Assembly (NCBI GenBank): GCA_013265495.1
Contig: MU059546.1
Coordinates: forward strand, 496,001-560,000
Direction: 5' to 3'
Origin: Vicugna vicugna
Lineage: Eukaryota
DNA: 64,000 bases
Shown here in pieces: positions 11,370 to 27,700 of the stretch (positions within the stretch are counted from its first letter, which is position 1; each line of letters starts with the position of its first letter). The translations under genes and the position numbers were made by a program. A model generated the notes under the pieces. The model did not search any database, had not been told where the DNA came from, and worked only from the letters and a program-made list of their open reading frames with translations.

Positions 11370-11620
11370 CGCGGCTGCAGGGGCGCCTGGAAGGCAGCGC
11401 TCCTCCCCTCGCCGAGCCGACCAATGGACGCGCGCCGGCGAGCCTTGCCTCCCCGCCCTTGGCCACGCCCATCGGCTATCCCATTGGTCGGCTGCTCAGG
11501 CGCTGCAGACTCGTGCCAGCGCTAGCCAATGGGAGGTCAGGATGAAGGACTGACGGGGGCGGGGTTGGGGCCGGCCTGCGATTTTGTCGCTATCGGTGAC
11601 TGCGCATGCCCGTCGACGGG
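11370..11620 (-). promoter_or_regulatory. GPX4: GPX4 CpG-island promoter
   Basis: Three CCAAT/ATTGG boxes (11421, 11483, 11526), GC box GGGGCGGGG at 11556-11564, no TATA box. CpG-dense from about 10200 to 12100. Confidence 0.75.
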
Positions 11621-13204
11621 CGGGTGACCGCGTCCATGCAGGCTCTGGGTTGCGGACAGTTATCCGGGTGGTTGACTGCGGTGCTATGGGATGCCCGACA
11701 ACTTGAAACAGTACTGGAAACTTGTGGGGCGAGTTGGAATTCTCAAAAATCTCACCCCAGCTCATTGAGAACTGGAAATTTTCTTTTTAATGTAAATAAA
11801 ACCACGGTAGGTGTCGGTGTCTCTCCACTTGGGCTGCGGTGTCGCTGCGAGGGCTTGGGGGTCACTTACGGCGACAGCCCCGGACAGCGGCATGCCTGCC
11901 GCAGGGTGAGCCATCAGCACAGGGCCGAGTGTCACTTCCCTTGGATTCCGCCGTCTTAGCTGCTTATGTAAGTGACACGTGAGCCCTGGCGGGGCTGTTA
12001 GCTGTTACCCAGTTACGGATTAACCCGGCACTTCGGCTTCTGTGGTCCCGCCCCCGAGAGAAGACGCGCGAGGACGCGCAGGTGTGTGCTTAGAAAGGAA
12101 AACGCGAGCCCAGAGGTATCTGTTGTCACTTCCCACTGCGTGTGCACGCAGTTGAGGATGGAGCTCCCGGCTGCCTTGGCTCCAGACTCATTTCCACTCA
12201 AGGCTCAGGCACTTGGCCACAGCCCAGAGAGAAGACCCACCCCATCCTCGGGAACTGAGTCATGGAATGCCACAGCCGGCCCTAACCATGGCCGGAGGTT
12301 GACCTGCAGGCTGGACAGGAGGGTGGTTTCAGCTTTGTGTGCTGCCCGTCAACTTCTCGTTCTTTTCTTGGACCCTCCCATGAACGTTTCTACAGAGGCC
12401 TTGGGGGCAGGACTTTCCGGGCTGGACTCATTTGGGGGAACCGATGAACTCCCAAGACCCAGCCCCAGGGGAGTTTGGGGGCAGAGGACAGGGTCCCCGG
12501 CCAGGTTGCTATATTCCTATCTTGCACAACCAGGCTTCAAGCCTCAGTGGTCACCAGAGGCTGCTGAGTTCTGGCCAGGAGCCTCCATTTTCCCAGCTGG
12601 GCCTCCTCCCTTCTCAGGAAACCCCCCTCATTTCCACCCCCTGGCGACACTGGGTGTCAGGCCACGCTAGGGAGTCTGAGTGGCCCTTGGGAAGACCCAG
12701 CTGTTCCCTTCAGCTGGGATCTGGAACTTTGTCAGAAAGATGGCCACCAACTGGTTGTTTACTTCAGGGTTTCCAGAAAAACAGCTCAGGATGACGCCCC
12801 CGTGGAGCACAAGGGGTGTGAGGACGTGGGGCTCGAGGGTTAATGGGGCAAGGCCTCACCAGGTTCCTGACTGCCTGCCAGTTACAGCAGAGCAGAGGCG
12901 GTGAGGCCAAGCCCGTGGGCCCAGAGCTGCCCTTGCTGGTCCCACTGGCTCTGGTAGGGATTTGTGCCTGCGGTTTCACAGCTTTTCCCCCACTTTCCCC
13001 ACTCTGAGGTGAGGCAATGGAATCTTGGGGAAGTCTCAAGGCTCCAGGGAGGCTCCTCTGTGGTGGCCAGGGTGCCTGGGTCCCCCAGAGAGGGAGCTGA
13101 GTTGCCCACCAGCCAGAAGACTCTCCAGAACATCTTTCAGATCCAAGAGGAGGCACCTGGACAGAGCTGCCTGGGGCCTGATTTCTTCTTGAGAAAAAAA
13201 AACT

Positions 13205-14440
13205 TTTTTTGAGATAAAATTCACCATTTTAACCAAGGTGTACAATTAAGTGATGTTTAGAATATTTATAATGTTGTGTGACCATCAACACCATCTAATT
13301 CCAGAACATTTTTATCGTCTCAAAAAGAAACCCTATCCCCATCTGCAGTCACTCCCACCCACCTCCCCCAGCCCGACATCCACCATCCTACTTCGTTGCT
13401 ATGGATTTGACTCTTCCAGGGACCTCATATGAGTGGATCAGACACTACTTGGCTTTCTGTTTCTTGCTCATTTCATTCAGCACCCCAAAAAGAAACCCTC
13501 AGCTCCACTACCAGTCACTCCTCTCCATCCACTTCTCAAGTCCCTGGCAACCTGTCTCTGGATTTGCCTGTTCTGGACGTTTCACACAAATGGAGTCACT
13601 CACAATGGGGCCTTTTGTGTCTGGCTTCTCTTGATGAGTATCATGTTTTCATGATAGGTTTATCCAGCTTGTAGCATGTGTCAGGGCTTCACCCTTTTGA
13701 TGGGTGAATAATATTCCATCATATAAATGGGCTACGTTGTGTTTATCACTTTATCTACTGACAGGCTTTTGAGTTGTTTTCACCTTTTGACTTTGTAATG
13801 CTGTACAAGTGTTTGCGTGGGAGTATAGTGTCATTTCTCCTGGATGTGTAATAGGGAAAACAAATTTGACTCCATATTGTATCTGTTCCTCTGGCTCTAA
13901 CACAGTGCTCTGTTTCCTGGGCTCAGTCATGCTGATTCTGCACCTTTTGTAAAAGAATTGCCTGTAGACTGAGACAGACAGGAGAGCCCATTCTCAAGGG
14001 TCTGACTCTTAAGGGTACAACACTTTTCCATTCATACAGAAATAGAAAGTTGTAGAACAGAGAACATTATTTGTCTTGTTGGAGGTTTACAGGGACATCC
14101 TGACCTGACCCACATGGACAGCTGCAAGAACAAAGGATTCCGACATCAAGAAGTTTGCAACAACCAATCACACCCCCGCCCCTTTTTAGTATCAAAGGAG
14201 CCTGAATTCTGACTTGAGGAAGATGGTTCTCCGGGACGCTAGCCCCCCACCTTCTTGGTCCACTGACTTTCCAAATAAAGTTACTCTTCCTTGCCTCAAC
14301 AGGTCAACTCCACGTTTATCAGCCTCTCAGGTGGCGAGCAGTACAAACTTGGACTCAGTAACAGATATGCCCCTAGGGTGGAAGTGCTGGATCACAGGGT
14401 GACTCTCTTTAACTGTTTGAGGAGCTGCTGGACTTTCCCA
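13205..14440 (-). mobile_element. Old LINE-1 (L1M-type) 3' fragments, interrupted by an LTR
   Basis: T-rich start and L1M 3'-UTR-like text (caccatctaattccagaacattttt, ggatttgcctgttctggacgtttca, gtgctggatcacagggtgactct). The aaaaagaaaccct segment occurs twice. Family assigned from recall. Confidence 0.7.
13847..14363 (+). mobile_element. Solo ERV LTR (ERV1-like, 517 bp)
   Basis: TG...CA termini (tgtaataggg ... agtaaca), near-match 4-bp TSD (gatg/gata), CCAAT at 14164, GC box at 14174, AATAAA at 14274. L1 sequence resumes on both sides. Confidence 0.72.
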
Positions 14441-14829
14441 CAGTCACAGCCCTGTTTTACATCTGCACCCAGGAGCCTGTGGGTGGTGACCTGATTTCTA
14501 GGCACTAAGTGGTCTGGGGGTTCATGGAGAAGGTTACCACTCCATGTCCTGTTGCTGAGGCCTTGCAATCACAGGCAGGGCTCTGAGTCTTGGGTGTTGG
14601 GGTTGAGCCCTGCCAGCCTCTTGGGATCCCGAGTCCCCCCAACTCGTGTGAGCCCTTTCTCCTCTCTTCCATGCCCCAAGCAACAGCAAGATGACCTGAC
14701 ATCCCCCTGCGCCCGCCTGCACCTGGAGTCACCTCAGTTACCGTCCAGGCTCCCGACTTGGGCTCCAGCAGTTCTGCCCCTGCCCCCTGCCCAGATCTGT
14801 CCATCACTCCAGCAACCCAGACAGACACC

Positions 14830-15320
14830 CTTTCTTAAAATTCACTCCTGACCTGCTTCCTCTCCACCTTCAGCCCACCTCCCACTGCATTCACATCTCC
14901 AATTACTTTCCTCCAGCAAACACCCAGCCAACACACACAGCCGGGCCTGCTCCTTGAATCTGCCCTGTTCATGGTCACAAACCACATGCCTTTGGCCAAA
15001 CCCCTACCCAATCCACAAGGCCTCCCAGGATCTGTCCCACCTGACTCCCTAACTTCCTCTCCTACCTCTCCCCACCACAGGCTTCCTTGCTACCAATACA
15101 CCAAGGTCCAGCCTCAGGGCCTTTGAACAGATCGCACCCTCTGCCTGATGCACCTCCCTCAGCTTCCTCTATTTCTCCTTCCACAGCATTGTCACCTTCT
15201 AAAACACTTTATCATTTACTTATTATGCGTACTGTTCACGGCCCGTCTCTCTCAGATCTCTTTGGTTCACTGTCCCTGTTGTTGCTTCTTAAATACTGAG
15301 TCAGTGAATGAATGTATTAC
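14830..15320 (+). mobile_element. LINE-2 3' fragment
   Basis: cctcagggcctttgaac... text and a terminal tgaatgaatg tail typical of L2 3' ends. Confidence 0.55.
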
Positions 15321-15799
15321 TGAATGAGAAGTTACTGGGGGGCTGGGCTGGGCTGGGCAAACCTCCTATATGGACTCGGCGGGGAAAGGGCAGATGGGGA
15401 GGTTGTAAAAAATGCACGGTCTTGGGGGGCTGCGGAATATGCGGGTAGGGTCTGGATTGGGGCTCAGGGGACAGAAAAGGGGGAAGACAGAGATGGGAGC
15501 ATTTCATAACCAGGTGCTATGCCAAGCTCATCTCAAGTACGACCATCCCTTTAGATTCTCAGCTAACCCTCTAAAATAAGGTCACTTTTTTTATTTCCAT
15601 TGTACAGACAGAAAACTGAGGACGAAGTGCATTGTTGGACGCGGCCCAGAGCCAGCTGAGAGAACCCCCTACACTTGGACGCACAAATACTTATGGAGTG
15701 GCTGCCCAAGAGTCCCTGAGAGCCTAGCATACCCCAGACCCCATCGCAACCTCAGTTTCCCCGCCCACACCTCGACTTTGCTGCTTTGATTCTAAACTG

Positions 15800-16097
15800 C
15801 CGCCCCGAGGCGGGCGTTGGGTGGGAACTACAACTCCCGAGAGGCCTTGCAGTCCGGGGCCGGAGGGCGGTGCTGTTGGCACGTTCCTCGCGCAGCCAAC
15901 CGCCGCTTTAGTAAGGCTAGGGCTGCCCTTGGCGCTACCGCTCCTGAAGGTCGCTGCATTCAGGCGTTCGCTGGCGACAGCCCTACACGGGGCGCGCGGG
16001 GCGGGGGGGGGGCCTCACCGAGACTCGGCGCAGGCGCAGTGGGCGCGGGTCCTGGGCGCAGGCGCAGTGAGTGTGGGGGGCAGCGGCGGTGGCGGCC
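15800..16097 (+). promoter_or_regulatory. POLR2E: POLR2E CpG-island promoter
   Basis: ACTACAACTCCC (ZNF143/THAP11-type motif) at 15827-15838 and two GGCGCAGGCGCAGTG NRF1-like sites at 16027 and 16055; CpG-rich. Confidence 0.72.
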
Positions 16098-20798
<4,701 letters not shown>

Positions 20799-21340
20799 CT
20801 GCCTGACAGCCCAGAAGTGCACAGTGTGGCTGGGCAGAGAGGGCTGCGGGGTTTGTCTCAGTCCCATGAGTGAGCCCCACCTGCTACCCGCCCCAGAGGC
20901 AGCCCTGCATCCAGCCTGGGTGTGCCCAGCTCACGTGACAGGTGGGGCGCGTGACTGCCCCTTCTCCCCTGGCCTGTCCCTGGGGGGCGGAAAGTTGGAC
21001 TGACCATCCACCACGGTTGTGAGCCTAGTGGCTGGCTGCCCTGGGGGGGTCTGCTCCTCCAGGCACCAAGGCTGCCTGCCTCAGGTTTGCCTCTCCTGGT
21101 CGCCTGGATGCTGAGCCCCACTGTGGATCCCACCTGATAGTGCCTCAGGAGGGGACAGGATTCCCCATTGAGGGCCTGGGTGTACGTCTCTGGTCGGCCC
21201 CTTTCCTCCTGGCCTTCCCGGTCCTTTTCCCCATCAGTGGTCCTGATGCTGCCCGTCTGTGGGTGCTCTGAGGGCAGCAGGGAGGGAGGTGAAAACTGGT
21301 CTGGATTTCGATTGCTGTTATATGCTGGGCATTTTTAAAA

Positions 21341-21346
21341 ATTAAA
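21341..21346 (+). terminator. POLR2E: Candidate POLR2E polyA signal ATTAAA
   Basis: Lies in the first AT-rich patch after the stop codon, followed by U-rich sequence. Confidence 0.55.
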
Positions 21347-21669
21347 GCTATTTTGAGTAAGTTTGCTCGTCTGAGAGACTGAGAAAGGGTAGCCTCACGG
21401 TGCAGGGGCAGCCTTGCTCCTGCTCCTGCTCCCAGCCCCTCCACGCAGTCTCAGTCTCCCCTCCATCCTCAGGGCCCCCACTCCCTCCCCGTGTCCTGCT
21501 CGGAGCTGCGGGAGTGAGGTTCCGGGAGAGGTCCCGTGCCGCTTCCAGCTCTGCTGCCCGGTGCTTCTCCTGTGTGCGAGCTTGGGAGCAGACTACCCGC
21601 TTTCGCCCTGTCGCCAAGCTGAGAGGCCTTCCTGCCAGGCCTAAGCACAATTGTTTCTAGTCTCCATTC

Positions 21670-22260
21670 GATGGCTTTATTGAGGTAGAATTCACATACC
21701 ATACAATCCACCTGTCAGGAGGGCAGAGTTCCACGCGCACACTGTCACGCACCCATCACCACAATCAACTTTGGATCACCCTAAAAAGAAGCCCTGGCCC
21801 CTGACTGCCAGGAGCCCCCTCCCTGGGTCTGGGGACTGGCCTGTTCTGGACGTCTCACATCCGTGGACTCACACGCTGTGTGTCCTCCTGTGTCTGCTCC
21901 TCTCCCTGAGCAGCGTGCTCTCAGGGTCCGGCCATGTGGGAGCGGGTGTCAGGGCTGCTCTCCTGGTCACGGCTGAGCGATGCTCCCGTGCGTGGAGGGA
22001 TGCGTTGTCTGTCCGTCCTCCGGCTGATGGACGCTGGAGTTGTTTCCGTTTCTTGGAGATTGTGAGTAATGTTGCTGTGAACTTCCAGGTGAAAGTTAGT
22101 GTGGACGTGGGTTGGTTGGTTTTTCTGGGTGTGTACCTCGGAATAGAATTGCAGGGTCATATGGAAGCTCTGGTTACCCTTTCAAGAGACTTTCCCACAG
22201 CAGCTGCCCCATTTCCTGTTCCCACCAGCCCTGTACAAAGATTCGGTGTCTCTGCGTCCT
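21670..22260 (-). mobile_element. L1M 3' fragment
   Basis: ctttattgaggtagaattcacataccataca... and ...ggaatagaattgcagggtcatatgg, typical of L1M antisense text. Confidence 0.65.
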
Positions 22261-22574
22261 CACCAGCACTGGTTCTTTCTTTCCTTGGGGCTGAGTGACG
22301 TCGCCATGGTTCAGACTCACCTTCCTGGGGCCTGGGTGTCATACGACCTAGGGCTGTAACCTTACCCCAGAAAGTGGTCCTGACACCATTTATCGATGAA
22401 CCAGAGGTTCCTTCCTCACTGCCCGGATCGCCGCTCTCACAGTCAACGCGCAGGTGCCCGGGGTCTGTTTTGAGGCCCTCTTCTTTACTGGTAAATGAAG
22501 ATTGTAGGAGTCATGGGTTTATATAGCATCTGATGGTGGAACAGGTCCCTCCTTCTCCCAAAACTGTCCTGGCC

Positions 22575-22860
22575 AAAATGAGCCCGACCAAAGGACAAGT
22601 ACTGTCTGATCCCACTCGCAGGAGGACCTGGAGGAGTCACATCCACAGAGACAGGAAATTGGTGGGGGGAGGGGCTGGGGGAGGGGCTGGGGAGTGAGGG
22701 TTTCATGGAGACAGAGTTGCAGTTTGGGAAGATGAGAAAGTCCTGGAGATGGTGGTGGGGATGCTTGCATGACTGAGTGACTGTGTGTGCTTAGAGTCTG
22801 GGAACTATGCACTTAAAAATGGCAAAAACAGTAAATATGTGTAACTTGCAATTAAAACAA
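22575..22860 (+). mobile_element. L1M 3' fragment
   Basis: gacagagttgcagtttgggaagatgagaaagtcctggagatggtggtgg...cacttaaaaatgg. Confidence 0.65.
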
Positions 22861-23479
22861 AGCATCTTGGCTGTTGTGTAGAAATCAGGGTAGAAATGAG
22901 TTCTACACTCATCAACTCCTTGAGAATTCCTCTTGCTTTCGGTTGGGTTTGCTTGGTCCCCAAGTTGGGGACAAACCTGTCCCTGGATGCGTGGCCTTGG
23001 ATGCTGTCGGTCAAGTCTCTGGCTTTAGAGGGTGTAGTAGAGATTACCCCCCAGCCCCCTTCTTCCAGCGGCACCAGCTCCTTCTTACAGGGGACCAGAT
23101 CTGCCTGCTTGTGCCACCAAGCATGGCTGTTCCACGGCCCTGAGATTGGTTCCGATACCTGCCTCAGCAGTGCTCCCTCTTGGGGGTCGGGGGTGAGGTG
23201 AGGACGGGGCCTGGCCTTCAAGCAGCCCCGTGGCCCCCGGGACGCGCCGTGAGCCTGGGTCAGGCCATGCCTGGAGCCAGAGCAGCCTGTGAAGGCCTGT
23301 GGATTGCCGCACTGCCAGGCATCTCACGTGAGGCGTGAGCCGTCTGTCAGGCTCCTTCAAGGTGGCTCCCATGCTTTCAGCCTTTGGACTGACGCTGAGA
23401 AGTGTGAAGCTGCTGTCCAGCCGAGCACAGCGCTGGCGGTGGTTCTGTCTGCACAGTCCTCTGTTTTCAAAATGTAGAT

Positions 23480-23596
23480 GGGAGCGAGGATACAGCTAAA
23501 TGGTGGAGCATGTTCCTAGCATACACAGGGTCCTGGGTTCACCCCCAAGTACCTCTGTTAACATAAAAGCCTAATTACGTTCTCCTCTAAAAAAAA
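23480..23596 (+). mobile_element. Degenerate tRNA-Ala-derived SINE
   Basis: Decayed copy of the element at 61077; flanked by the direct repeat AAAATGTAG (23469-23477 and 23593-23601). Confidence 0.7.
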
Positions 23597-24273
23597 TGTA
23601 GGTCAGGGGTCAGGAAGCGTTCTGTGAAGGATCTGATGGTGAAATATTCTGGGGTTTTGCCCGTTTCCCCCTGCTGCAGTGCTCAGCTCTGCTGCCAGCG
23701 TTTCACACGTGGCCCCGGCCACGGCCCCGGCCCCGGCCCCGTTTGCAGAACGCACTGGGTTGTAGTTCGCTGGCTCTGGGAGGCGTCTGCGGAGGCAGAG
23801 CCTCTGACCACCGCGGCCCAGCCTTACCTAGGCCTGCTAGGGGCTGCCGTCTGGGGCTGTTCTGTGCCAGGAACGGATGCCCCTGCTCTCCCCAGCTGCT
23901 CGTACCATGACCGGGTGTGAAATTCGTCTTCATTCTATATCAGGTGGATAGTTCTGCTGAGCGGACTGTGGGGTCTCTCAGCTGGGTGAGGGGTCGAGAG
24001 CAGGCACTGGGAGGGTCCTCGCTGTGCTGGCCCGGACGGTGGCCGCAGCCTTCCCCAGGCTCTTCCGTCCAAAGGGATTTCAGCTGCAGCTCCTCGCATG
24101 CACTGGCCACACTTGCAGCTGGGGCCGCGTGGCCGCCTGGGCTCACGCACCTCGGGGGGGCGGGGACTTCCCTTCACCTCAACCCCAGCAGGGAACGCCA
24201 GGGGTGCTGAGGGCCCTCTGTGTCCTGGTCCCTAGGGTGCTACCGCCAGAGGAGACGGAGTCAGGTTAAAGAC

Positions 24274-24279
24274 TTTATT
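24274..24279 (-). terminator. ARHGAP45: ARHGAP45 polyA signal AATAAA
   Basis: TTTATT on + strand, about 460 nt after the stop codon. Confidence 0.75.
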
Positions 24280-24739
24280 GTAAGCAAAGTAAACGTTGAC
24301 GTCAAAGCACATCGTGTTCCCAAAGCCCAGGTGTCCAGCCCGGTTTTCCATGTGTCATCTCAACATGTTCCTGAACTCCAGGTGTCTACGTGGTTTTCCA
24401 CAAAAGTCAGGACGTCCGGGGACCACCGAGGCCTGCTGTCTGCAGAAGTTTCCAGTCCTCCTCCCGGCTACTGCGGGCCTGCACAGCCCAGGGCAGGCAG
24501 AGGCTGCTCAGGGGGTCCCTCTACCATAGCCCCTGGGCAACTCCTGAAAGCAAATCCTCTCCCTTGGGGAGCCAGGCCTGCTGGGCGTGCAGAGGGCCGC
24601 AGGGCAGAAGCTTCTGGGAAAGCTGTCCAGGGTTGCCCTCGCCACTGTGGGCCAGAAGAAGAGGCCTCTGGTGAGGCGACGGCTTGGCTGAGCCCAGGGC
24701 TATGTGAGGGACAGGAGCGTGACGGGCCCAGCACCCCAG

Positions 24740-27700
24740 CTAGACAAACTCTGGCTGCCTCTCCGGGCCGGTGCCTGTTGTGACCCGCCCGCCGCGGAGC
24801 CTCATGGCCGGCAGCCGGGCCGCAGCTGCGTTGTTGCACTGGTTGGTGTTGTACTCAGAGAGCCGCCGGGCCGGGTCCTCCCCAAGGCCCTTCCAGGGCG
24901 TGTCTCCGTCCTCCCCGGGGTCCAGCTGCTCCTCACTGCCACTGCAGCTGCCCTGGCAACCCTCGACGCTGGCCTGGCTCCCCTGCTTCTCCAGGAAGTT
25001 CAGCTGGTGCTGCACGAGGATGGCCTCCGGGGACTGCGGGTCCAAGGCCTCCTCCAGCTCTGAGTCAGAGTCGTTGGAGGTGACGTGGGATTCTGGGAAG
25101 TCCGGGGCAGAGATACAGAGAGACCATGGTCCTGTGAGCAGGAGGGCGACTGGGCGTCGGCCTCCCATGATGCTGAGGCAGCCCCTCAGCAGGCCACTTC
25201 TCGCTCAGAACCCCGGGGGAAGCAGGGGTGCACAAAGTCTCAAACTTTGGGGTAATTCTCATTTTAGATGCCCATTTCTCAGTGTCAGCAAAACACCTGA
25301 AAGGGTATCTCTTTGCGAGAGTTTGTAACAAGGTGAGACAGTGAACAAACAGGTGACCCACGTAGTCTCTGGGAAGCAAGTCAGAGTGCAGCTTCCAGGC
25401 CCAGTGCCTTACCCGCCACCTGCCCGGCACCCCCAGGGCTGCCCCACTCACCGAGGGCCCCGTCCTCAGCCTCCTCCTCCAGGGGGAAGGCCACGCCCCC
25501 ACTCGTCTCCAGGTAGGGTACCTGGACCACCACCTCGGCCCGCTGGTTGGACATCCCATCCTGCAGGGGTGGGACGGAGGTCAGGCAGGTACCATGGTAC
25601 CATTCCAAGTCCCATTTTCTGTCTTGTAAATTAACAACACCCACAGCAGCTGAACACACGAGGACCCCTATTCTCACGTCGTGAGCAGGCTGAGCTTGTG
25701 CAAAGAGGGCAGAAGGCTCAGGCCAGAAAGGCTGAGTCCCCACATGGACACCGGCACAGGAGCCTCCCCTCAACACCAAGATGCCAGGAGAAGGATTAAA
25801 GACGCCCAGGGACTCTGAGCACAGGAGCAAGGTGCTGCTCCAACACTACCTGGACTAGCAGAAACGAGAGCTGGTGGCAGGAAGTGAGACCCAGCAGCAG
25901 GGGACCCTGCTGAGTGCTCAAGAGCCAGAGCACAGGGACGAGCTGCTGGTGCCAAGAGACGGGAAATGGGAGGGGCTGGGGCAGCTGGGCCCATGCAGGC
26001 TTGACAGGAGCTCAGGCAAGGGCAGAGGGAAGGCTGGAGGACCTTTGCACCATCTGGAGCTCAGCCCACAGATTTGAACCCACACTTGTCCAGTTCTTTG
26101 CTTAAAAGATACCTTGGAGGCCACCCCGACAGCCCTATCCTAGCCAGATGTCTGCCAGACGTTCTCCCCATCCTGGTACCCCGCAAGCCAGACTCCAGGC
26201 CCCCAGCCACATTCATGGAGCCCCGTGCCCCTCGCTTAGAGCAGACAGCCCTCACCTGGCCCCCGGGCGCCTCCTCAGGCTCCTCCTCGAAGACCAGGCT
26301 ATAGTGGGTGATGAGGGTCTCCACGATGCAGGCCTGGTGGGGGTAGTCGACCAGGGAGGAGAGGGACACAGTGGCCTCCGTGGGCCGGGGCCGCAGCAGC
26401 GTGGGCCCAAACACGATTCCCAGGTTCCCCGAGGTCATCTTGTTGTCCTGCTCCACCTCCACGATCCTGGGGGGTGGAAGGCACAGGAGCAGGTGTGAGC
26501 GGCTCCTGGGACCCTGCCACCCTCGACCCCTGCCTGGGCAGCCCTCACCTGCGCAGGTGCCGCATCAGGTACCGCAGCGTAGCCCGGTTCTCCGCTGGCA
26601 GGTCCCGCAGGAGTTCCCGCAGCCGGCCAGCCATGGCCACGGCTGCAGCCTCCCTCTCAGTGGCATCCAGTTGTCCTCGGGACGCTGCCTTGGCCTCGGC
26701 TTCTGCCTTCAGGCTGTCCTTGGCCAACCCCACAAGCTCATGGTAGAGGCGGAAGGAGATGAGCGGCTCGGGCAGCTGCGGAGCGATGGGTCAGGTATGG
26801 GGAGTCAGTGGGCCTGGCGTGCCTTGGCCACGCCCCTGACCTAGAAGCCCCACCCCTGCCAGGTGCTGGTTCCGCCCACTCTACTGACTATGCCTCTGAC
26901 ATACCACCGCCCCAGGCCAGGCGCTGGCCACGCCCCCTTCAAGCTAAGGTCCCGCCCAGGATCTGCTCTGCCCTGTCCCCATCTGTCTCACCTGACGCAA
27001 GTAGAGTTTGAGGACGTTGCTGATGTCGTGTGGTGAAGCCTGCGACAGTTCCACCAGCTCCTTGCCGTTTTCGAAGGCCTGGCACAGCTTCTCCACACGT
27101 GTCTTCACCCCATTGACCCGGTAGATGCCCTGTGGAAGCCCGCAGTCAGCCTCAGCCCACGCCCAGCTCCCCTCCGTGTACAGCCCCTAGGACGGAACCC
27201 CCAGCGCTGTGGCCCTGGTGGTCACCTTGGTGCGCAGTGCCCGCTGCTCAATCTCGAAGACGCACTTCTTGACGATGAAGGGCACGCTGTCGGGGGCGCT
27301 GCGGGCAGCCTGGCTGAAGTCCTGGCCGAAGAGCTGCAGGCGGCCTTGCAGCTTCTTGTGGCCGCACTGGATGGCCAGGGTCTCTAGGCACTTCTTGTGG
27401 CAGGCCAGGCAACACTGGGGGAGAGCCGGGCGCGGAGTGAGCAGGCCTTCCCCACCCCAGCGCAGCCCAGACTCCCCGAGGCCCGGCCGCTAGCCCCTGC
27501 GCTGACTGTGCCTGCGCCTGGGGCGCCCTCTGGCCAGGAGCCACCACCCGCTCCTAGCTTCACTTCCCTCCAGCGCTCTGCATGCAAAGTGCTGGCGCCG
27601 GCTACTGCCCCTGTGCCCAGCCTTCCCCAGGCCGGCCACTCACCTCCTCGCACTCGGCCCCCTGGAAATAGACATAGCTGTTGCACTCCCGGCACTTGGC

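Noticed and set aside
22664-22700. G-quadruplex motif as a special element
   Set aside because: Lies within an L1 3' G-rich tract, and G-runs are common across this window.
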